Position numbers and translations under genes: made by a program. Below, piece by piece: positions 21,965 to 34,835 of a stretch of 64,000 bases of DNA (within the stretch, counting starts at the first letter, position 1; each line of letters opens with the position of its first letter). The stretch is from positions 310,001-374,000 of the forward strand of contig JBDOQK010000029.1 of the NCBI GenBank assembly GCA_040437565.1, in the 5' to 3' direction. The stretch is from Albugo candida (lineage: Eukaryota). The notes below the pieces were generated by a model. It saw only the letters and a list, made by a program, of their open reading frames with translations, was not told the DNA's origin and did not search any database.

Positions 21965-23618
21965 ATGGGAAAAAGGACGTTTATCGGCAAAGATGATGAT
22001 AATTCCGATGAAGTGAGAAAGGAGCCACATGTCGGAAAAAAATTGTTTCTCGGAATGCGATTTTATATCTCTCGGCTCGTGAAAAAGGAAGAAAAACGGG
22101 AATTGGGTCAATTAATTCAGGTTTTTACGACATCTCATGTAGATACTGTAGGAATATATCTCCTGTATCATGTGATAGAGAAATGGCGGGCTCCTGTCGA
22201 GCAAATCCTCCTCAACTGTTATTGAACTCGTGGATCCTTCTGAATTAAAGCCTCGAAGAGGTTGGGTGGCGACCAGCTTCGTTTTCGATTCGATTGAATC
22301 AGATCATCTGAAGCCTATTGAATTGTATCAATTTAAACCAAGGATATATAAATCACCACAAGCGAAGAAAGTACGACTTCCTTACACAATCAAAGATGAC
22401 GCACGAATGCTTCAATTCCTCACGGTAGCTTGTGTTATCTGTATCCCCTAATGATTGCATAACCTGTTCGAATTGATATATAGACGCAAAAACAAAAATG
22501 GAAAACCATGGATTCCGTGCCGGAAAACTTTTGGAGACTGGCAGAGCGTCACAAGGTTTTAAGCATGCTTACGACATTTAATCATAGTGACGCTCACTAT
22601 TGCGAGGCTCTCTAGATAACAGCCCATTCTGCGCAAAGCATGCATGAAAGATTTCGTAAAAAGCTCAGAGGATACACTCCATCGCAAGTCGCGCATGCCC
22701 TGAAACAAGCGTACGAGAGCTCTATATGTTCATACCCGCTCTAATATGATACTACTTGGATAGCTCGGCCGACTCGGATCTCTCGTCCGAAATAGAAGAA
22801 GAATATGTTTCTGTGACACCAATCAAGCGGGAAAAGCGATTTATTTCGCCACCAAGAGACAACAAGAGGGATGAAAACACATATTCTAGCGCAGAAAGCG
22901 GCAGTGATAGCTTACAATCAAGAGTCCGCAGAAAAAGACCTGATCGGAAGAGGACCATAGAATCCACGGAAAACAGTTCTAAAGAAAGCAGTCCTTCACC
23001 GAAGACTGTGGATATCCTGAAAACACGCATGAAGTATCCACCAGTTTTGAAAAAACTTGGTCAGCTAAGCTCTAAAGAACAAGAGAAAATGCTTGAGCAA
23101 CCCGAGCTGAGACGATTACTGCAAGCAGCTCATCACCTTTTGATCGAAAATGAATCCAAGAAATCGAAGAAAATTGAGGCAACTAAATCAAAAACTCCGA
23201 CTCCTATGAAGCCAATTGAGCGACCTAAAAGGCCGTTTGCTGAAAGGGAAGTGATTGAACGTGTGGAAGCTGATTCAGGATCCATTGGTAATATAATCCG
23301 TCAGATTCAATTTGAAAGCAAGCAAGATATCAATGCAGTCATTCATGCATTGTTTTACGCAAGTGGCGACATTGAGATGGCTACAGCTTTTTTGAAAGGC
23401 GGTGGACACAAAGGTAAAGAAGCAAAAGCACATTGGCGAGTATTAAGAATTCATTCGCAGATATGTGGACTTCTGAAGAAGACAAACTTTTACTGCGAAA
23501 ATACAGAGAAGCAACGCCCGAAACAATTTCTAATGCGCGACAAAATGGTGATTTATCAAACATCTCCAAAAGCGCTAAAGCCATCACAATGCGTATTGAG
23601 TATTTGCTAAAACGTTGA
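21965..23618 (+). CDS. RAP1: Telomere protein RAP1/TERF2IP homologue (BRCT + Myb + RCT), 6 exons, about 458 aa
   Basis: Exons 21965-22120, 22179-22424, 22484-22555, 22616-22710, 22764-23413 and 23461-23618; all introns are GT-AG and the frame is preserved. BRCT: LFLGMRFYI...LIQRNGG...FVFDSI. Myb: RLPYTIKDDARML...FWRLAE..ITAHSAQSMHERFRKKLRG. RCT: VIHALFYASGDIEMA...WTSEEDKLL...RIEYL. Confidence 0.82.
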
Positions 23619-26600
23619 TATAATTCATAATTTGCTATAATTTGATGCTTATAAGCACGCAAGTACCAAAAGGCAATGCGTAAATCTACCAAACGATTTG
23701 CTGTTTGCTGTCGATAGATCTGTGTAAAATCGCTAGCGACATTTCGATGTGTAAGAGCATTACATAGCCAAGTAAGTATACAGGCAGTGTCAAACTATAG
23801 AAAGGAGTGATCTTATCATAATAACTCGGAAAACGGGAGAGGCATGCATTGGTATCCTTCTCAATTGACAGAATACGGCAAAATGAGGAATAGACACTGC
23901 AAGTGCAACGTCACGACGAAGATGGATTATATGATTTATAAGTAAGGGGAAGTTACACTGTTTGTAGCACGACATAGCAGACGTTTAGCAACACATACAA
24001 ATTTGGATGAGGACATGTATGAAATCGCCGAGAGATTACATAAGCAAAGTGTGACCAAAAATGTGTTTACATGACATCGTGTTGCTTAGTTCTTCTAGTT
24101 TAGTAGACAAAAAGAACTTGGTTTGTGTGTCTGTCGATTGAATCATGCGCGAGATAAGGACTTGGCTCTTATCTTTTGATGGGCAAACAAAACCGAAACA
24201 CTGAAATGATTCGTGAAACGCAAATGTTGGTAGTCTGATCGCTCCCACAGAGTCGAGGCTGTCAATCAAAGAAATCCCAGCTTGATACTTCGAAGACTAT
24301 GCTCCGATTATTCGTGACATATTTTTCGAGATGACAAATAACTTTTGCCATAACGAAATTGGCAGCATACAACGCTTTCGCGTGGTGGCGATTAAAAGAC
24401 GATAGCATATCTTTCTGTGGGGCCCGTTAAGTAAGCTCTTCCAGTTTCCACCTTTTGATGATTATATGATTCTTACAGTTCACTCAAGTGTAATAATCAA
24501 ATGCAATCCTCGTCATCTAAACTCGTGGTCTTAAAGTTTGTGCAATTCGCAATATGCTAGAATCTACTCTGGCCTTGTACTATGACTCCAGCAAGGATTC
24601 GTTGGAGTAAGTCATTTAACATTTGGTACATCGAACACTATTAACGCATGATCATCCGCACTGATATATCGATATATCGCATTCAATGCGAAAGTATTCT
24701 CGTCAATAGGCGAAAGGAATAAATAAATTCTGAAGCAACAAACTCAACAAATGAATGATAGCGTTATAATCGGGTAGCATGCAAAGCGTCCGGCGCGAGA
24801 CGTGTCACCAGCACAAAAGCAGATAAGTCAATATTGAGCACTTCTCCTGTACATTCTCGCGAAGGACGCTAATGATGCCCACAACCAGCTTTCATTTTTG
24901 TTTTTGTAAGTTTATGCGATCAAGTGAAAACTCACTAAATGAGATAGATGCGATAATACATGGACAAGCCGATTGATTGTGCGCATGGTCGAAGGCACCA
25001 GCCAATACTGCGTAAATGCGGCAGACATGTCACAGAAGCCTAGCTTGTCGTAAAGTCGATAATGATTGAATGGTACATGCTGCTTATGTTTAGCGTAATT
25101 TGCTGTAGCAGTGGATATGCACCCTTTTCCATAACTTCGAGCCGTAAAATTTGAAAACTAGCACTCATGCCATCTATTTGAGCCATTTCGAGCACTACAC
25201 GAGGTACTTGAATGGGAAGAAGATCAAAGACGTGTTATTTTCTTCTTCTCAATGCTGCAAGAAGCACAGCAAAGTCATTCACGGGTATTAAACTATATCA
25301 ATTATGCTTGAAAGAAAAAATCTACTTCGTTTTTGTGACAGACTGCGGTATGACTTTGGATATTCCAGAGGATAAGCACAGTACTGCCGTGCACCATCAG
25401 TCAGTCCTGCCCCTTGCATCCCAGCAAGATTATCACTATAAATTTGAAGAAAGTCAACGCATCTGAGGCATAGGATGAATTGTGGTAAGTTAGGATGCAG
25501 TTTGTGCATCAAACTGAGACATCATAATCCAAACATCGGAGAAAACCTTTATGGAGATGTGGAACAGGTCACAATCAAAAAGAATGATTTTTGATAAGAT
25601 GGATAAACACTGATAAGCAGTATGGAGATATAACATCATTCCAAATGAGGTTGAGCATGCGCATGCGAGAATCGATCTGGTAAATGGATATGATAAGCGC
25701 ACTTTCACACCAGCAGCGAGAGGTCATCGGTCAACAGGGTATAGAATCGGTTCATCATATGACGTAGCAGTAAAACTACTCTTGGACTGTAGTGAGTTTA
25801 AAATTCCTTGCAATGCTCTCACGATGGTTCCTTACTCCCTCTTTGAAACGTTAATTCACTTCCAGTTACCAAACACAGCTACATAATTAGCATCAACAAG
25901 CATCATTTACAAGACGTAAAGACCACTACCATGCGATTGCAAGTAATTGCTAGCTACCTTGCTGTATCATCATGAGATATCTACGTATTGCATGTGAGAG
26001 CATAAGGCTAGGCCACATTGATTTACACTGGCTGCCGCATGAATAATCAGGACCAGCCTTTGATTATTAGAATCGGCGAGATATTTTGCATCATTATTGC
26101 TCACGCTCAAGAAAAACATGTTGTCTTGCCTGCACACGAGCAGCTTCTGCTCGAATAGAAGATGATGTAAGTAAGCAATGACAACTTTTTATAGTAAGAG
26201 ACCCTGTTTTGAGACACCAGATTTTAAAGGTCCTTCGGAAGTACTGACGAGATGCTTCGGCATCTGGATTTGAGGATAACCCATTTGGTGCTACTGCATG
26301 AAACAGACGAAGGCGCTAATGTAGTGGATGTCATGGAGAAGGGGCTAACAAAAGACCATGCATTGAGCGTGCGAGCTTGCAACAATACTAAAAGTAGTCA
26401 GTTCGGACTCCAGATGCACTGATTGAGAGAAATTTTTGTGCAAGGGAGTAAATGCAATAGAGTTATCTCATTCAACTTACACGCGATGATAATAATTGGC
26501 AAACTTTGGCAAGCATTCCTTTGGATATTATTTTCAGCAATTTACATTGGTAGTAGTACACATTGAAATTGAAGGATTTTAGCATTGAACTTTAAAGTCT

Positions 26601-28596
26601 ATCGTGCCACATTTCCGTTGCCAGAACCAAACTGAGATACTCACTCGATCACATCCGTCTTTGATGCGAGACAAAAAGGAGAGCGCGAAAGTATGGGCGC
26701 AGGTTGATGCGAGTTTTCAATACAACATCACGAATGATAAATTGTAGTCGGAGTTATTACACAGAAAAACTGGACACACTGGCAAAGGATGCCGCTATGT
26801 CCGCACCTAACATTAGACTTCCCCGCCACAAAATGCTACTGGCTTGCTTGGTTATGCTTACCCAATATCACGAAGAAGAACCTACTTTATTTGTGCACAA
26901 AAAGAACACAGGCAAAGTCATAAAGTCAAGGTGAAATGTATGTAAACTTTGCTTCATATAGACCACACTTATATTGAAGTCGGACTCATCGTCTAAATGA
27001 ACGTAAGCATCAGCAAAATGCAAAGTTCTTCGTTACGACTGTGACTTTGTATCTCGTTTGCGCTGAAGGGACTATTCCTCGATCCTCAAACCCGCTTTGA
27101 ACGATGTGCTCTGTTCGAAGCGTCCCATAGACTGGAGCCGAATTCGCATATGATAATTACGTTTCTTGCCATTTCAATGCACATTTGCATGTTGTTATTC
27201 CTGAAAAAAGTGGCATCGCCAGCTCTATTGGTCGGTGAATGAAGGTAGCAGCTTTTTGAATGTAGTTGATGTTCATAAAGAATGTGAGCTTTCGCGTCGC
27301 AGGAATCGCGATCGTGGCTTATGACTAGTTTATTGCAGCTGTAATAAATTACGGTAAGTTACGAATACCCGAACCACTTACATAGAAAACGTTTACCCTA
27401 TCCACTTTGTATTGTTGATTGGCTAGATGAGTATCTTAAAAACGTAGGCAAAGGATATTGACATATGTGATTCGTTCTTGATAGCACTCATTACCAATAT
27501 AGAATAATCGACTACAGGAATGTTGGTAGTACGCGACTCCATTTCATCGCTCTGTCATGATAGTTCTTATGCGATTAGCCTGATTATTTGTGAAGAAGGC
27601 GCCACTTTGGAGCTCGGCAGACATTTAAATCCTAGTGAGAATTGAACTCTTCCACATAAGCTTCACCATCTTTTTCAGCCTCAGGGGTTGAAGTATTCCG
27701 CAACGAGGTCTGCAAGGTACCGGCGCGTATTGCCGTTATCTTATAATAAGCTGCTTGCATATAGCTCGATCAATGAATACTGCTAGTATTTCTTGCTTTG
27801 ATGGCGAGGTGATGACTAACGTTTGTTACATTTATGTATTCATGTTATCCCGACAGATTTTTTCAAGCTGGTTTGATAGGATTAAAGTGATTGAGGGAGT
27901 TCCGAACTCGTGTGTGGTTAGCCTTCCACTCTGTAAGTTTATGTCAGTTACGCATATTGCCGCTCAATAAATGGAATCAAAGTCAAATAACATTAGCGCT
28001 CGATTAGAGGTAAGGTGTGAAATTTGCAAAAGAACGAGAGCGAGAGATAATTCAGTTGAGATCCTTCCACTATAAATCAGACATAGCAGATGGCAAGAAA
28101 GATGCGTCGAAAACATACGAGTGATTGGAGCAGTATTTGCTTTCATTCCTGCATTTCAATTTGTCGTATCAACTATGCTTTGACGGTACTCCAGAGGTGA
28201 CGTCGACACTTTCACTCGTATCTGAATGTTAAAGGAATCAAATCAAGCGATACCGCATGCATTTGAGGAAGACTCATTCTAAATGTTGCGGTCATTTCGG
28301 GACAGAATCGACAGGTGATGAACTGTTGCTATTTTTAATTTTTTGGGATAGTACGTGCGGGGACGTAACAATCCGTTCAAGAAATTTTTTATACAACCAA
28401 CGTGTTCGGGATCCCATCGCTCGAATTATTTGTCATTCGTAAGCTCTACTTGTCTACCACTTGATGGTAGACAATCCCTTAGAGTTAGCCATGTTCGGGC
28501 GCTACATCTTCGTGTAAGGTGATTGGATGAAAAGCGATATCTAATAGCACACCACGAATTGGACTCTTACATATTTCTCTTTCGTTTCAATTCATA

Positions 28597-30894
28597 ATGC
28601 CTGAAATCGTCTCTATGGCAGACGAGAATTTACGAAGCTTTCAGCAGCATATCTTATCGCGAGCAAGGCATAATAATGTTGTTATGGTGGGGGATACTGG
28701 TATTGGAAAAACGTATGTGGCTATAGTGCTTTTATCACAGCAGGATTATTCACGCAATAAACGGGCGTTCTTTATGGCACCAACGCGACAACTTGTCTTG
28801 CAAATTGAAAGTAAGATCAGACTAATGACTACACTTCCAGTGCGATCATACTGTAGTAGCGATCTCGACTATTGGGATGAATACCAGTGGGAACAGGAGC
28901 TTGAGTTACATCGCGTTTTTGTCACCACTCCCCAGGTGGTTCGAGCCGCACTAGAAAAAGGCTATATAAGCATGAAAAACATAAACTTGTTGGTTTTCGA
29001 CGAGTGTCACCACGTATCAAAACGGCACCCTTATGCACATATAATGAAGTTATATGACCCTTCCGCCCATCCCGACGTAAGACCCCGTATATTTGGAGCT
29101 ACAGCCTGTCCGACGCAAAACTGTGCTGAGCATTTGTATGCTGAAATGCATAAAGTTGATTTGAAAGAAGCGGAGGCAATTCTCTACGCCGCTATGGCGC
29201 CCATACTATATGAAAAGTATCCCAGAAAAGTCAAAGAAACCACCTCAGACCCGGATTCGAATGCTGAGAATACGGAGAAAGAGTCAAGTGAAGGTGAACC
29301 TTTCACGTCTAATCTTATGGCCGACTATCATGAAGTAATAAAGACAATAAAAGAAGCGAAAGTGGTAGAGGTTTATCAAAAGCTTTTGAAGGATGGAAAA
29401 AAGAAAGTTCCATTGACTGACGAAGCTTTGAATGCTGAAACTGAGAAGTTTATTCGAACTTGTATCCGAATTCATCGGTCTGTTGGATTGTGGTGTTTTT
29501 ATCGCTTTGTTGAGCTGGAACTCGAAAGATTGGCGGTCATGTCTTCATCTGCCTTCGGGTTGCCTGGAACTGTGCTTGGATGGGATCAAGACGCTGTGAC
29601 AACCATCCTCATGATTTCTGCGGAGCGCGCAAAATGTGATTTTGCTTGTACTCCTAAAGTCGAAAAAGCTGTCGAGATTGTTAAACATCGCCTGATGGAT
29701 AGAGGAAAGTTTATTACTCCAGAGGATGAAGATATCGCAGACGATGAAAGTATTCCGAAATCGCCTTGGAACTGCAAAATAGTGGACGAGGTCACGCATG
29801 AGAATTCCCAGGACATTTCGATGCAAGAAGTCGGAGAAATTGTCGACGAAGAGCTATCGAATACCGTGAATGAGAACTCAAGTAATGTTGAAAGTGCATC
29901 AAAATACTCAATGCAAGGCATTATTTTCGTCAAAACGCGTCTCGAATGTCGGGTATTGAGTGAATATTTGAATGATCGTTTTAAGGAGAAAGAGCTGAAG
30001 CAAGAATTCGCTGATATTGTTGATGAAAACGATATTGTTGAAGAAGACACTGACTTTATGAATTGTGATTTCGTTGGCGATGATGATGCCAATAAATTCT
30101 CATGTATTTTAGGTCAAATGAGCAAGACGGACAGCGCAGCATTTGCATTGTCGGATATGAAGACAGTACTGGATCGTTTCCAACAAGGTAAGACCCGCAT
30201 GTTAGTTTCGACATCAGTATCGGTAGAAGGCATCGATTTTCCTTTGTGCGGTCTGATTATCGTCATGGATCCTGTGACTTCTCCTCGCATGCTCATCCAG
30301 TTACGTGGTCGTGCACGCCATAATGACGGAGCCATTTATTATCTTGGAGAAGAAGGGGATGTGATGGACGAAGTGAACTACAAGTCATTGCTCGTCAAAG
30401 CTGAGCAAATCAATGCTATGAACTTTGAGAACGACAGACAAGAAACGCTGCATAAGCAGCCTCGGTCCAAGTCTGTAAGGGATTTACAAACATGTCAGTT
30501 TGTTGCTGATGACTGCAGAGTAGCTATCAAAAACACTGGGGCCATCATTGATTTGGACTCCAGCACTTCAAGCTTACATCAATTTTGCCAATCACTGCCT
30601 CCATTACTATTTGACGTGAATTTCCATAAGCTGTTCACAATTGAATCATCGACGACGACTTACAATAAAGTCATGTTTAGAGCTAAAGTGAGTCTTCCAG
30701 AACCATTAGGAATCTCGGGGTGTGAAAGCGGTCTCATGCCATCAAAGTCACTCGCAAAGGCTGTGGCTGCACTCAAAGCCTGCCGCTCATTATATGAGCA
30801 TGGTTTACTTGATGAAAAGCTGAATTCAATCTATCGAAAGCGAAAACATGAAGAAGGTAACATCAATGTGGAGTTTTTTCTCAAGCGCCTGTGA
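28597..30894 (+). CDS. Dicer-type DExH helicase + Dicer dimerisation (DUF283) domain, without PAZ or RNase III
   Basis: GDTGIGKT, APTRQLV, LLVFDECHH, PRIFGATA, GIIFV, EGID and IQLRGRAR. C-terminal SLHQFCQSLP...FRAKVSLP...SKSLAKAVAALKACRSLYEHGLLDEKL, then a stop. 765 aa. Confidence 0.85.
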   Translation: MPEIVSMADENLRSFQQHILSRARHNNVVMVGDTGIGKTYVAIVLLSQQDYSRNKRAFFMAPTRQLVLQIESKIRLMTTLPVRSYCSSDLDYWDEYQWEQELELHRVFVTTPQVVRAALEKGYISMKNINLLVFDECHHVSKRHPYAHIMKLYDPSAHPDVRPRIFGATACPTQNCAEHLYAEMHKVDLKEAEAILYAAMAPILYEKYPRKVKETTSDPDSNAENTEKESSEGEPFTSNLMADYHEVIKTIKEAKVVEVYQKLLKDGKKKVPLTDEALNAETEKFIRTCIRIHRSVGLWCFYRFVELELERLAVMSSSAFGLPGTVLGWDQDAVTTILMISAERAKCDFACTPKVEKAVEIVKHRLMDRGKFITPEDEDIADDESIPKSPWNCKIVDEVTHENSQDISMQEVGEIVDEELSNTVNENSSNVESASKYSMQGIIFVKTRLECRVLSEYLNDRFKEKELKQEFADIVDENDIVEEDTDFMNCDFVGDDDANKFSCILGQMSKTDSAAFALSDMKTVLDRFQQGKTRMLVSTSVSVEGIDFPLCGLIIVMDPVTSPRMLIQLRGRARHNDGAIYYLGEEGDVMDEVNYKSLLVKAEQINAMNFENDRQETLHKQPRSKSVRDLQTCQFVADDCRVAIKNTGAIIDLDSSTSSLHQFCQSLPPLLFDVNFHKLFTIESSTTTYNKVMFRAKVSLPEPLGISGCESGLMPSKSLAKAVAALKACRSLYEHGLLDEKLNSIYRKRKHEEGNINVEFFLKRL

Positions 30895-30997
30895 TGTCAA
30901 GGTAAGAAATGTAAACAATGTTATCGAGTCAATACCAATTAAAACTAAATACGGACGAAGTGAAAACGAGTACCTTAATTCTCTGGGTCCATTGTAA

Positions 30998-31833
30998 TCA
31001 GAGCATGTAAAACAAATCCGAATTTTTGATACCAAGTCCAAAATACACAGAACCAAAAATTCTTGTTTCAGGTTGATGAAACACAAATGAGCCTGGAAAG
31101 AACAAGCAACGTAAGGTGACGTATGTTCCAGTATTGTCTTTGTTTAGCACCCATGAGCCCGCCAAATCTTGCTGCACAGACTTCAGTACTGTGCGTATAT
31201 GGACAAGATTTTCACCGGTAGGAAGAGATGTATTTCCCCAATCAATGTCATCTGGCTCTTTGAAGTGAAAGAAACTATTGACATTCATAGCTTCGTTCCA
31301 CTTTAATCCGCCAAAGTATGAATTTCTCAAAATCTGACGGGACGATGAGATGATATATGCACCAGATGGAATTATTGCGATTGTGCTGTCAATCTCACGG
31401 ACGACATGCGCAAGGCGATCAAGTTCTGTCACTGATGAATCGTCTTCTTTCAATAATAAGGATGGGTCGCCTTTAAATCGTCTCGTGCTCCATAAATTAA
31501 TCGTATCCAACTTCGTAGTGTCTGCATCAGGAAGCTGCTGTAGCACTGAAAGCGTGTCGGTACTAATACCTTCAGTGTCAGCAATGGATGGGACTCATAA
31601 GAGGTAACATACCAGAAATAGAACTTTTTTTTCGGGAATGGGTTGCCATTAATCAATGCAACAACGAACAAGTAGTCGGATGACTCACCGCAAATGCGCC
31701 CCCAAAATTGCACAAAATCTAAACCCTCTTCTGCGCGTCGTTGAATAATACCACATTCTATATTACATCGCTCCAGAGGCGTCAGTGTTTGTCCAATACA
31801 GCGCTGCACGACGTCGAACTGGTCTAAATCCAT
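30998..31833 (-). CDS. RSPH9: Radial spoke head protein 9 (flagellar axoneme), 2 exons
   Basis: FWGRICG..SDY, RFKGDP, ELDRLAHVVREID..IIPSGAY and FGSVYFGLGIKNSDL. Intron 31563-31612. Confidence 0.88.
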
Positions 31834-32184
31834 TCTATGGTTGAGATACTCAACGCTGCTGTCCTTTTAATAATCAAGAACAAATAGCCGCAAAGACGAC
31901 CTATCGCCTTGAATTTTTCGCAGCACGAGCGTCGTGTCAAGTAGCCCCTTCATTCACGAGCCTTTATCAGGCCTTTGTAACACCTCAATGACCAAAATAC
32001 TGATAGCCATTTGATGTGAATCGGTAATGCTTGGAGGGAGAGCACCAAATAGATGTGGTAAACCTCAATAAAGACATTCTATTTAATGTAAATATCTACA
32101 TAATCCAGTTCAAATCGAGAACATGCATTCATCGCACGCAGCTCGGCAACAATCCCAATTCCTAGAAGAATACCTCGTGGAATT

Positions 32185-34542
<2,358 letters not shown>

Positions 34543-34835
34543 TTAGTACTTATTTATTGGCTTAAATGGGCGCAGTACACTTATTTATGATTGGTGCACA
34601 GATACCGTCACTTTTCATTGGATATTATATTCGATTTTACATGCTTCACAATTATGCAACATCTATTGCCTTTCAAAGCAAATGCTCCTGCAAGAATTTG
34701 TTCGCATTCAGTGACTCAGGCAAATGGGAAGAGTCCCACTTGGACATCTATGGAGTGAGCTTTGCCCACTTCGTTGAGCCGTCAAAATTAGCCCAGTGAT
34801 TGTCATATTGCCTCCACTCATTTCTACTCATTTCA

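Noticed and set aside
30895-30910. Donor-like AAG/GTAAG just after the Dicer-helicase stop
   Set aside because: It lies downstream of the in-frame stop, and no RNase III exon exists in the window to splice to.
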